From Ignavibacteriota bacterium (GTDB taxonomy: Bacteria; Bacteroidota; Ignavibacteria; UBA10030; UBA6906): a stretch of 64,000 nt of DNA. This document shows, piece after piece, positions 30,584 to 38,958 of the stretch; within the stretch, counting starts at the first letter, position 1, and the number at the start of each line of letters is the position of its first letter. The position numbers were made by a program, and so were the translations under genes. The DNA lies in assembly GCA_003157485.1 (NCBI GenBank), contig PMJQ01000099.1, positions 5,660 to 69,659 on the forward strand, given 5' to 3'. The notes under the pieces were generated by a model. That model ran no database searches and was not told where the DNA came from. It worked only from the letters and a program-made list of their open reading frames with translations.

Positions 30584-32293
30584 CTAATTCGGCTGCTTGA
30601 ACTTGAAGGGGATCGTAAGCCACGCCGCGACCGGCCCCTGCCCCATCCGGGCTGGCGCAAATTGCGATTTCATCACCGCATCGATCACGGATTGTTCAAA
30701 TATGGGATTTGTGCTCTTCAGTATCTGGGAGTCGAGGGGCTTCCCGTTTATGTCGATAAGCACGCGCACGACAACCTGTCCCTCGATACCCATCTTCCAC
30801 ACGAACGACGGGAATTCGGGTTTTTCGAGCTTCACGATCTGGGGGTCCTTCTCCACCGGGACGAATGCCGGCGTCGATGGACGGGGCGGCTCCGTCGGAT
30901 GCGCCACGGGCTGTGGCGGCGGAATAATTTCGGCTGCGGGAGCTGGAATTGTCACGGGTTCGCTCACGGCGGCATTTGCCTGAAGCGGGGCCGTTGATCC
31001 TGCCGTTTTCACCGGGGGCGGATCGGTGTTTTCCTTCTGTTCGATCGGGGCCGGCTCGCTCTTCAGCGCGGGAGCGGCCGCGACGTGCGCAGGGTCCTCT
31101 TTCGCTGTGACGGGCTGTTCCAGCATCCTGCTCTGCGGCGCACCGATCGTGGCCTGGACGGCTGAAGGAGTAGGATTCTGAGACTGCTCCTGGATGCGCG
31201 CCTGCGTCTGGCCCGCTCTGGCCATCACATCGTTCCGGGAGGGGTTCTTCGTAGAGAAAATAGCGACCGCAGCCCCTGCGAGAAGGGGCGTGAGTATCAC
31301 AGTCGCAAGAAGGAGGAAGACCTTTGATTTCTTCTTCCCCGGTTTTTCATATGCCTCCTCGTCGTCCGGGGAAGCCGAAAGGGAAACCGCAAGACTGTCC
31401 CCGTAAGCGACGGTCTGCCGGGAACTCGGAGGAGTCGGCCGGTAGCGGGGAAGAGGAGCGGGAGTTTTCGGTGCAACAAATTCATTGTCCCATGCCGTCG
31501 ACCGTTCAGCGTGCACATGGCGATTCTCATCCTGTTGCGGTTCAGGCTCCTCGGGCGTTTCGCCCTGAATCGACCGAGGGTTCTGCCCGACGGCGTCCGC
31601 GGGGGGTACGGGCTCCGCGGCGAGGGCCCGTGCATGCTGAATCAGGTGCTCGACGCGGGATGCGTACTCTTTTGCTATCGTGTTCTCGGGATCGACGACG
31701 AACACCCGGCGCACCTCCGCGAGTGCCTGCTCATATTCCCCTTTCATGACGAACTTGCTCGCTCTCTGGAAATACAGAAGCTTCAACGCCTCAAGTTCTT
31801 TCTGCACGTCCCCGGGGTCCGCACTCTGTTCCGGCGTGTTCTCCGTTGTGTGAGCGGCCGCCGCGGCGTCCGTCGCTTCCTCGGCGGGCCGGGCAGGGGA
31901 GAAACCTGTGGTTCCCGTTCGCCGCTGCCGGTGTGCGTCGCGTATTGCACAGTCGATTATTCCCGGCATCGGCTCCATCAGATCATGACGCTGGTCTTCG
32001 CCGAGTGCGTCTGCCTGTGAGAGGGAAAGAAGCGCGTCGAGCTGACGCTTGAGGGCGGAGATGTATATATTCTCGGGATCGGCAGACCGGGCCAGCTCAA
32101 GTGCATCGAGTGCCTCGGCGTATTCGCGGGAATCTGTTTTTTCAAAGACTTCCCTCAGGCGGTCCTCGAAAGAGACTTCATTTAATGGTGAATTCATATC
32201 ATCCCCCTCCGCAAGCTGCCGTGTGTCATGATGAACAAGATGGGCGCTACAGTGAGATTTTCTCTGACCAACGTCCTTAGAGCCGCACGCCAA
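30584..32293 (-). CDS. TonB-family protein with long N-terminal cytoplasmic (TPR-like) region
   Basis: A single TM helix (VFLLLATVILTPLLAGAAVAIF) is followed by a Pro-rich linker and a TonB C-terminal domain (WKMGIEGQVVVRVLIDINGKP...). About 300 aa precede the TM. The start may be the ATG at 32197 (MNSPLNEV...). Confidence 0.7.
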   Translation of the reverse strand: MACGSKDVGQRKSHCSAHLVHHDTRQLAEGDDMNSPLNEVSFEDRLREVFEKTDSREYAEALDALELARSADPENIYISALKRQLDALLSLSQADALGEDQRHDLMEPMPGIIDCAIRDAHRQRRTGTTGFSPARPAEEATDAAAAAHTTENTPEQSADPGDVQKELEALKLLYFQRASKFVMKGEYEQALAEVRRVFVVDPENTIAKEYASRVEHLIQHARALAAEPVPPADAVGQNPRSIQGETPEEPEPQQDENRHVHAERSTAWDNEFVAPKTPAPLPRYRPTPPSSRQTVAYGDSLAVSLSASPDDEEAYEKPGKKKSKVFLLLATVILTPLLAGAAVAIFSTKNPSRNDVMARAGQTQARIQEQSQNPTPSAVQATIGAPQSRMLEQPVTAKEDPAHVAAAPALKSEPAPIEQKENTDPPPVKTAGSTAPLQANAAVSEPVTIPAPAAEIIPPPQPVAHPTEPPRPSTPAFVPVEKDPQIVKLEKPEFPSFVWKMGIEGQVVVRVLIDINGKPLDSQILKSTNPIFEQSVIDAVMKSQFAPARMGQGPVAAWLTIPFKFKQPN

Positions 32294-32342
32294 AGTTATG
32301 AATAATCACGAAAACATGTCAATAACTACGACGCCTTTTTAG

Positions 32343-32375
32343 AAAAAAAGATCCCTCCGGACAATCGACGTCCGG
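32343..32375 (-). terminator. Candidate intrinsic terminator downstream of the radical-SAM gene
   Basis: On the minus strand a 6-bp stem with 7-nt loop (CCGGAC-GUCGAUU-GUCCGG) is followed 7 nt later by CUUUUUUUCU. Confidence 0.4.
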
Positions 32376-32525
32376 ATGAATAGATATACCTCAACACACA
32401 TGTGTTGCACAAATGACGCGCCAGGTCGGTAAGTCACTGATCCAGGCCGATTTGAGGGGGTTGGCGCTGAAAGGAGGTAAAATCGGCATGGAGAATGTAA
32501 GAATTACACCCGAAAACAGCCCATT

Positions 32526-33650
32526 CTACACCCAGATTCCCGGGATATTGCTCTGGCACCGGGGGCATGAGCTGTCCTGTAAAGCATTCCGGAGTATTGA
32601 ATACCCGGAGCGTTCTATAAGAAGCTCATCGCAGGAAGGGCAATAGGTGTTCTCGTACCGGCCCACTCTCCCCGGCAAATTCCCGGCATAGACAAAGTGC
32701 AGGCCCGCTTTTCTTCCGATTTCAGCGGTGCGCACGAGTGCTCGGGCAGGTGTGGGGTCACGATCAGACATCCTGTAATCCTGATGGAATGCTGTAACAT
32801 GCCACGGTATGTCGCGGGACACCGAAGCAATAAAGCCGGCAATGTCGGTGAGTTCTTCCTCCGAGTCATTGAACCCCGGAACCACGAGCGTGACAATCTC
32901 GACCCATATGCCCATCGTGTGAAGCGCCTCGATTGTCCTGAGCACCCCGTCCAGTCTTCCGCCGAGCTGCTGGTAATTCTTTTGACGGAAACTCTTCAGG
33001 TCGACTTTGTACAGGTCAATATAAGGACGGAGGAATTCGAGCGCCTCCGGGGTCCCGTTACCGTTGGACACGAACGAGCAGCGGATGCCGTGCGGATGGG
33101 CCAGAGAAAATATTTCTGCGGCCCACTCACATGTGATCAGAGGTTCGTTGTACGTGCTCGTGAGGATTGGAATGCGGCGCCGGAGGGCGAGAGAGACGAT
33201 ATCACCTGCACTTATAATCTCGACAGGGGCGACGGCGTTGGGATCGCGCAGGGCCTGTGATGTTATCCAGTTCTGACAATAGCCGCACCTGTAGTCGCAA
33301 CCGAGCATCCCGAAGCTCAGCGCAGGTGAACCGGGGAGGGCGTGAAAAAACGGCTTCTTTTCAACAGGATCGATCGCCAGACCCCCGACGTAGCCGAAGG
33401 GGACTTTCAGAATGCCCTCCTCGTTGAACCTCACCCTGCAGATCCCATTCCTTCCCGGCGGAATCCTGCACCGGTGGCCGCACGCGAAGCAGGTTACCCA
33501 GCCGCCGGAGCCCTTTTCGTACAGCGTTCCCTCCCGCACGTGTCCGGCAAGAAGCACAGCCAGGGGGGACTCACCGCCATTCTCCATATTGCCTCCGGTT
33601 GAACGCGCCGCGCGAGATTCTGAAGAGCGCGCGGGCCTGTTGAACGACAA
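32526..33650 (-). CDS. AmmeMemoRadiSam-system-type radical SAM enzyme (pyruvate-formate-lyase-activase-like)
   Basis: Contains an N-terminal Cys cluster (CFACGHRCRIPPGRNGICRVR) and the radical-SAM triad CDYRCGYCQNW (CxxxCxxC). The track start is likely too early; MENGGESPLAVLLAGH... at about 33587 is more plausible. Confidence 0.8.
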   Translation of the reverse strand: MSFNRPARSSESRAARSTGGNMENGGESPLAVLLAGHVREGTLYEKGSGGWVTCFACGHRCRIPPGRNGICRVRFNEEGILKVPFGYVGGLAIDPVEKKPFFHALPGSPALSFGMLGCDYRCGYCQNWITSQALRDPNAVAPVEIISAGDIVSLALRRRIPILTSTYNEPLITCEWAAEIFSLAHPHGIRCSFVSNGNGTPEALEFLRPYIDLYKVDLKSFRQKNYQQLGGRLDGVLRTIEALHTMGIWVEIVTLVVPGFNDSEEELTDIAGFIASVSRDIPWHVTAFHQDYRMSDRDPTPARALVRTAEIGRKAGLHFVYAGNLPGRVGRYENTYCPSCDELLIERSGYSILRNALQDSSCPRCQSNIPGIWV

Positions 33651-33720
33651 TCACACTGTAAGTAAGGATACCGGCGAAGGAAAAGCAAGGGATGCGGGCT
33701 CATCAGGCTCAGCCGCGACT

Positions 33721-35040
33721 TCACCTCCGCGCCGCCTGCCACGCAATGGGGGCACTCGCGAGGGATCCAAGGGCGAAGAGAAAGGCGGGAGTGTGAACAC
33801 CCTGTCCCGACGCGACCGCCGCTATCCCGGCAAGAAAGCAGAAAAGGGGGAACGACGTCATTGCCGCAAGGCCCGCCCGGGAAAGGGGGATTCGGAATGG
33901 CCGATCCAACGCCGGCTTGCTCCGCCGGAGTCCGATGAGCGCAAAGAACTCCAGAAAGAGGGCGCAACCGTACAGCACAATATCGATGATCAGAAGATCT
34001 TCGAAATGCCAGAGGACGAGGCCGCTCACGGCGATCGCGCATGCGATGATCGAGACCGGGGGAGTTCCCCGTCTGGCGTCGACATTCCGGAGAACCGAAG
34101 GGAGATATCCGTCGTCCGACATGGCCTTCGGAAGGCGCGACACGGAAAGAAGGTTGGAGACGAAGAGGCCGAGCGCGCTTGCCATTCCTCCGGCTGCGAG
34201 GAGCCCCGCAAGGGCTCCACCGCCGATCTGAAAGCCGAGCGAAGGAAATCCATCCCGCTCAAGCGTCGCGGGATCGAGGTCACTCTGCACGGCCGCCAGG
34301 ATCGACAACGTGTAAGTGACAAGGATCAGCACGAACGCCCAGGCGATGGAAACAAGGTACGAACGGACGGGGCGGTCAACCTCTTCCGCAAACGTCGATG
34401 CGTTGTCCCATCCGAGGTAATTCCACATAACGGTAAGAAGCCCCAGGCCGGCGGCTGGGATTGACGTGGAAGAACCCGCCGCCGTCGCTGCGGGATGCAG
34501 GGAGATGCCGTTGCGGAACGCGGCTGCGAAGAGGACGATGAAAGGGACCATAACGGCCGAGCCCAATGCGACGGAACTCCGGCCGACCGGGAGGATGCCG
34601 AGAAGATTGAGGCCGGTGCAGCTCCAGATAATGGCGAGGCAGAGGGGATACCGGAATCCTGCAATTGCCGGAAAGAAATACGCGGTGTACTCGACAAAAA
34701 GGACCGGGTAGATCGCGAGATCGACAAACATATACAGCCACGTCCACCACCCCTCAAAGAACCCCCACATCGGCCCCAGCCCGCTTTTCACCCACTGATA
34801 GTATCCTCCGTTCCGGGGCATCATGCTGTTGAGCTCCAGAACCATCAGGATAACGGGGACAGCCCACAGGATCGGGGCGAAGACCACAAGGAGGAGCGCG
34901 TTCCGTCCGCCCACCTGGTTTACGACGGGCTCCAGCCCGTACGGGCCTCCGGAAACGCTGAAAAAAATGACGGCCGTCAGTGCCGCAGGGCGGAGATACC
35001 GGCGGCCGTTTCTCCCTGTCGCGCTGATGCTTGGGGGCAC
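33721..35040 (-). CDS. APC-superfamily amino-acid/polyamine permease
   Basis: About 12 predicted TM segments with the APC-like start (VIFFSVSGGPYGLEPVV). Confidence 0.8.
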   Translation of the reverse strand: MPPSISATGRNGRRYLRPAALTAVIFFSVSGGPYGLEPVVNQVGGRNALLLVVFAPILWAVPVILMVLELNSMMPRNGGYYQWVKSGLGPMWGFFEGWWTWLYMFVDLAIYPVLFVEYTAYFFPAIAGFRYPLCLAIIWSCTGLNLLGILPVGRSSVALGSAVMVPFIVLFAAAFRNGISLHPAATAAGSSTSIPAAGLGLLTVMWNYLGWDNASTFAEEVDRPVRSYLVSIAWAFVLILVTYTLSILAAVQSDLDPATLERDGFPSLGFQIGGGALAGLLAAGGMASALGLFVSNLLSVSRLPKAMSDDGYLPSVLRNVDARRGTPPVSIIACAIAVSGLVLWHFEDLLIIDIVLYGCALFLEFFALIGLRRSKPALDRPFRIPLSRAGLAAMTSFPLFCFLAGIAAVASGQGVHTPAFLFALGSLASAPIAWQAARR

Positions 35041-35057
35041 GCCGTCGCTCCTGCGGA

Positions 35058-35486
35058 CTACGGTCGTTTGACGGATCGGGGCCGGGCGAGTTTCTTCAGG
35101 TCTGCCGGCATGGGGAAGAGTCGGGCCAGAGAGGTGAGTTTTGTCCTTCCGTCGACGGTCGTCAGTATGATTTCCATCGCAGGGTTAAACTCCGAGAGGA
35201 CCTGCCTGCAGGCCCCGCAGGGGGGAAGAAACGCCCGATCATCGGAAGCGATTGCGATTGCACGGAGACTGGTCTTTCCTTTTGCCGTGGCCTGGAAGAC
35301 GGCGTTTCGTTCCGCGCAGATCGTCAGCGAATAGGAGCTGTTCTCGACGTTGCATCCTTCGATAATCGTCCCGTCATCCGCAAGAACCGCAGCGCCGACA
35401 CGGAACCGTGAGTACGGTGCGTACGCGCGAGTCTTCGCCTGTACTGCGCGGGTGACGAGTGCTTTGCGTTGTGATGCAGTGGACAC
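35058..35486 (-). CDS. cdd: Cytidine deaminase
   Basis: Zinc-ligand motifs CAERNAV and PCGACRQVL; 142 aa. Confidence 0.9.
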   Translation of the reverse strand: MSTASQRKALVTRAVQAKTRAYAPYSRFRVGAAVLADDGTIIEGCNVENSSYSLTICAERNAVFQATAKGKTSLRAIAIASDDRAFLPPCGACRQVLSEFNPAMEIILTTVDGRTKLTSLARLFPMPADLKKLARPRSVKRP

Positions 35487-35553
35487 GGAACGAATCCTCC
35501 CGGGATGAATCTACCGAGACGGGGGATGACTTGCAAGCAGGAAGCCCATGCCG

Positions 35554-36285
35554 CTACAGGAGCCCCTTCAGCTTTTCATATCCGGAACGGCTTACCGGCA
35601 GTTTCGTTCCGTCTGTCAGAATGACGATCCGGCTGTCTTTCGCGTATGTTTCGAGACGGACGAGGCGTTCAATATTGACGAGGTGTGACCGGTGGATCCG
35701 GACAAACCTGCGGTTGTCCAGCGAGGTCTCCAGGTCGGAGAGACGCTCGAGCTTGAGATACTTCTTCCCCGCGGCATAAATCGTCACATAGTCATCCTGC
35801 GCTTCAATGTGGTCCACCGATTCGGCGGGGATGACGTGCACCCTGGTCCCGTCCCGGACCAGGATACGCTCGACGGGCGCGGCCGGTAAACGGTTGCTGC
35901 GAATCAGTGTGTCGATGTCGTCGTGCGCTGCGGCCGCGTCTGTTCCCGTCACGCGCATGAGCGCCTGGCCGAAGCGCTCCCGGCTGAACGGCTTCAGGAG
36001 ATAGTCGACGGCATTGACCTCGAAGGCCTTGATCGCATACGAATCGTACGCCGTGACAAATATGATCTTCGGCCTGACATCGAGGAGCGAAAGGACTTCA
36101 AACCCGTTGAGCTTCGGCATCTGAACATCCAGAAAGAGGAGGTCGGGCTGCAGTTCGGATATAGCCTGGACGGCGTCGAAGCCGTTGGAGGATTCTCCGA
36201 CGATCTCGAAACCGGGATAGGATGCCAGGTACTCCCGGACGATGTCGCGCGCCAGGTCCTCGTCGTCGACGATCATAACGCGCAT
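35554..36285 (-). CDS. LytTR-family response regulator
   Basis: Receiver domain (MRVMIVDDEDLARDI...LFLDVQMP) plus a C-terminal LytTR DNA-binding domain. Confidence 0.9.
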   Translation of the reverse strand: MRVMIVDDEDLARDIVREYLASYPGFEIVGESSNGFDAVQAISELQPDLLFLDVQMPKLNGFEVLSLLDVRPKIIFVTAYDSYAIKAFEVNAVDYLLKPFSRERFGQALMRVTGTDAAAAHDDIDTLIRSNRLPAAPVERILVRDGTRVHVIPAESVDHIEAQDDYVTIYAAGKKYLKLERLSDLETSLDNRRFVRIHRSHLVNIERLVRLETYAKDSRIVILTDGTKLPVSRSGYEKLKGLL

Positions 36286-36344
36286 CAGAAGATCTCCTCC
36301 TTGTCATTGTTCATTTTGCCCCGGCCGTCAGTGTGGGCCGGGGA

Positions 36345-37400
36345 TCAGGTGTGATGCGGGATCGTGATCGTGGCGAGAAACTCCCCGGCCGATTCCTGAA
36401 CGTCGAGCCTGCCTTCCCCTCCATACATTCGCTCCAGCCTCTGACGGACGATGTGAAGACCGATCCCTCCCGCGCGCGGCCTCACTCGATCGGGATCCGC
36501 TGGATTCCTGACGGTGAGCCGAAGAGACGCGCCGTCATTCTCGGCGAACACATGAACCAGGCCGCCGCCCGGAATCTGGGCGATTCCGTGGTTGACGGCG
36601 TTCTCGACAAGGGGCTGCAGCAGCAGGGGGGGAACCCGCACCTGCTGCGTCCCCTCATCCAGATCGAACCTGACGGTGAGGCGGTTCCCGAAGCGGACCC
36701 GCTCGATTTCAAGAAAATGCCGGACCATGGCCATCTCCTGCTCGAGACTGATCATCTCCAGGGCTCCGTAGTTCATCCCCATCCGGAGAAAATCGGCGAG
36801 CATCAGCGTCATCGTGCGCGCCGCGGGAGGGTCCGAGCTCGTCAGCGCGCTGATGGAATTCAGGCTGTTGAAGAGGAAGTGGGGGTCGATCTGGGCCCGC
36901 AGCGCCTTCAGTTCGGCGTCCCGCGCAAGAACCTGGAGCTCAAGAGCGTTCCTCTCTATGCGCCTGGCCGCCTCCTGTGATGCAATGAGATAATGGACGG
37001 CTGCGGCGATGAGGAAGAGTCCGACGCCGAATGACGCGAGAAGGGGAACAGCATCCGCGTATCTCTCCCCCGGCGCAAGTCCGGGCTCCATCCGCTGGAG
37101 TCCCGAAGCCCAGCCATAGCACGCCGCAAGCCAGAGCCCGCTCGAGAGGACGGCGGCAATGAGAACAGAGAGGAGCGTCTTGGCGATGTCAGTGCCGGGG
37201 AGCGGAAACGCGCGGCAGACATACCACGCGGAAAGAGACATGAAGGCATAGACGATCGTCACGGGGAGTGAAAAGAAGAGCGCCCCGCTCCAGGGCGCCT
37301 TCACCGTCGTTACGAGGAGAACTGCGAGTGTGAGGCCCGGACCGAGCCACGCGAGAAGATAGAGTGCGAGTGCACGGCGGTCCTTAAGTATGGGATGCAT
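36345..37400 (-). CDS. LytS-type sensor histidine kinase
   Basis: Multi-TM N-terminal region, a His_kinase internal motif (HFLFNSLNSISAL) and an HATPase_c domain. Confidence 0.85.
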   Translation of the reverse strand: MHPILKDRRALALYLLAWLGPGLTLAVLLVTTVKAPWSGALFFSLPVTIVYAFMSLSAWYVCRAFPLPGTDIAKTLLSVLIAAVLSSGLWLAACYGWASGLQRMEPGLAPGERYADAVPLLASFGVGLFLIAAAVHYLIASQEAARRIERNALELQVLARDAELKALRAQIDPHFLFNSLNSISALTSSDPPAARTMTLMLADFLRMGMNYGALEMISLEQEMAMVRHFLEIERVRFGNRLTVRFDLDEGTQQVRVPPLLLQPLVENAVNHGIAQIPGGGLVHVFAENDGASLRLTVRNPADPDRVRPRAGGIGLHIVRQRLERMYGGEGRLDVQESAGEFLATITIPHHT

Positions 37401-37460
37401 GACCCTGCCGCGATACGCCGGGTGTGAGACGTGCCTGGGGAACTCCGCGCGTCACCCGCA

Positions 37461-38165
37461 CTAGTTCGTCACCTCCACACCCCCCATGATTGCGGTCCCC
37501 CGCACGACAAGGCGTTTGGCTGCCGGGTCGGAGGGCTTCGCGGATTTGTCGTCGAATCCCCCGAGGAAAGGAACGCCCTGAACGATGACATTCCACGCGG
37601 TCGGGACTTTTATCTTGATCCCGCCCCACATGGCAAACGTACTGATGACGGCTTCTTCCCCGGCGATGGAGGCCTGCCGGAGGTCGATCTCGCACCCCCC
37701 CATAATGGCGCTCGATTCACCTCCGCGGAAATCCTGCGAGTTGTTCGATTGCTGGACACCGCCGAGGACAGCGAAGGCATTAACAAACAAACGCGAATTC
37801 AAGGATGCCCCGGCATCTCCCTGAATCTTCCCCCGTATGGACCCCCCCATCAGCATGCTGAGGCCGAGCACCACAAGTATCAGCGGCCAGAGTTCCTGAA
37901 AGCCGATGTACGTGAATCCGAGCTCGCGTATGAGAAGCACCCCCCCGACAAGAATGAGGACGAGTCCCACGAAGCGGCCTCCGCGGTGGCCGGAGTTTGC
38001 GATCCTGACTGCGCCGATGGCAACGAGGATCAGGGGCCAGAACCGGAGATAGAGTCGTGCGTCGAGAACGTCGAGGTTGTCAAGAAGGAGGAATATTCCG
38101 ATAAGGACGGCCGCGCCTCCCATAACGGCCTGACCGCTGAGAGAGAACCTCCGGTTACGCTCCAT
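37461..38165 (-). CDS. LiaF-like membrane protein (DUF5668 TM region + DUF2154 beta-rich domain)
   Basis: Repeated WPLILV TM motif and a C-terminal domain resembling the cell-wall-active-antibiotic response protein family. It lies upstream of the HK/RR pair. Confidence 0.6.
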   Translation of the reverse strand: MERNRRFSLSGQAVMGGAAVLIGIFLLLDNLDVLDARLYLRFWPLILVAIGAVRIANSGHRGGRFVGLVLILVGGVLLIRELGFTYIGFQELWPLILVVLGLSMLMGGSIRGKIQGDAGASLNSRLFVNAFAVLGGVQQSNNSQDFRGGESSAIMGGCEIDLRQASIAGEEAVISTFAMWGGIKIKVPTAWNVIVQGVPFLGGFDDKSAKPSDPAAKRLVVRGTAIMGGVEVTN

Positions 38166-38526
38166 GGGCGTGCTCCTTTTCCTGATGCAGTGTCGGGAAT
38201 CCGGGGAGGCTCTTCCAGATCATTGAGGCTCCGAGCGCGATAAGTATTGCCGGCCAGGTATCGCCGAACGTCAACCCCCCGATTTGAAAGATCGAAACCA
38301 TGAACCAGAGGCCGAGAAGGAGCAGCCAGACCCCCGCTCCCTGCTCGCGGCGGGACGCCGCATCACTTATTTTGGCTATTCCCAGTCCGATAAGGATGAG
38401 GGGCCAGAACCTCCACAGCGGTCCGATGTCGATCAGGCCGAAGTTTTCAAGAAGCAGTGACCCGCCGGCAAGAAGAAGAAATGATCCGATAACGATGTGT
38501 GCGCTGAACGTTTTCCGGGCATCCAT
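38155..38526 (-). CDS. Small DUF5668/LiaF-N-like membrane protein
   Basis: Trimmed to MDARKTFSAHIVIGSFLLLAGG...LWRFWPLILIGLGI. The upstream 137 codons of the track ORF are low-complexity and lie antisense to a well-supported small gene. Confidence 0.5.
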   Translation of the reverse strand: MDARKTFSAHIVIGSFLLLAGGSLLLENFGLIDIGPLWRFWPLILIGLGIAKISDAASRREQGAGVWLLLLGLWFMVSIFQIGGLTFGDTWPAILIALGASMIWKSLPGFPTLHQEKEHAHGA

Positions 38527-38736
38527 GAGCGATCCTCCGTAGTGTGTGACTCCCGGATAAACATACGTGGTTTCCCGTTCCGATGTGACACCCGGTTCGG
38601 TGAATGGCGGCAAACACTCGGTGGAAAACAGGAGCCGATGGCCTGGGGAGCGACGGAGGGGGAGATTCCCCGAGAATTCCGCGGGCATGCGCAACCTGCG
38701 GGCAGTTCCGTCGTACACAATTGGTGGAGGCCCACA

Positions 38737-38943
38737 ATGACGAAATTTCTCCTCTGGATGATTCTTCTGCTCTTCTGCTGGCCCCTGGCTCTCATTGCGC
38801 TCGTCCTGTATCCGGTCGTCTGGCTTCTCTCGATTCCCTTCAGACTTCTGGGGATAACGATGGACGCGGTATTTGAACTCTTCAGGGTTCTGATAACGCT
38901 TCCGGCGAGAATCCTCGGCGGCGTGCGGGCCCCGCACGCCTGA
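38737..38943 (+). CDS. Small (68-aa) two-TM membrane protein, hypothetical
   Basis: ATG preceded by GGAGG at -7 (GGTGGAGGCCCACAATG). The sequence is highly hydrophobic (MTKFLLWMILLLFCWPLALIALVLYPVVWLLSIPFRLLGI...). Confidence 0.45.
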   Translation: MTKFLLWMILLLFCWPLALIALVLYPVVWLLSIPFRLLGITMDAVFELFRVLITLPARILGGVRAPHA

Positions 38944-38958
38944 ACGGGATCGCCCGGT

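Noticed and set aside
38527-38937. N-terminal 137 codons of the 260-aa minus-strand track ORF.
   Set aside because: Low-complexity Arg/Glu/Pro-rich sequence lying antisense to a 68-aa membrane-protein ORF with a perfect GGAGG RBS. The recognisable LiaF-N-like domain starts at MDARKTF (38526).
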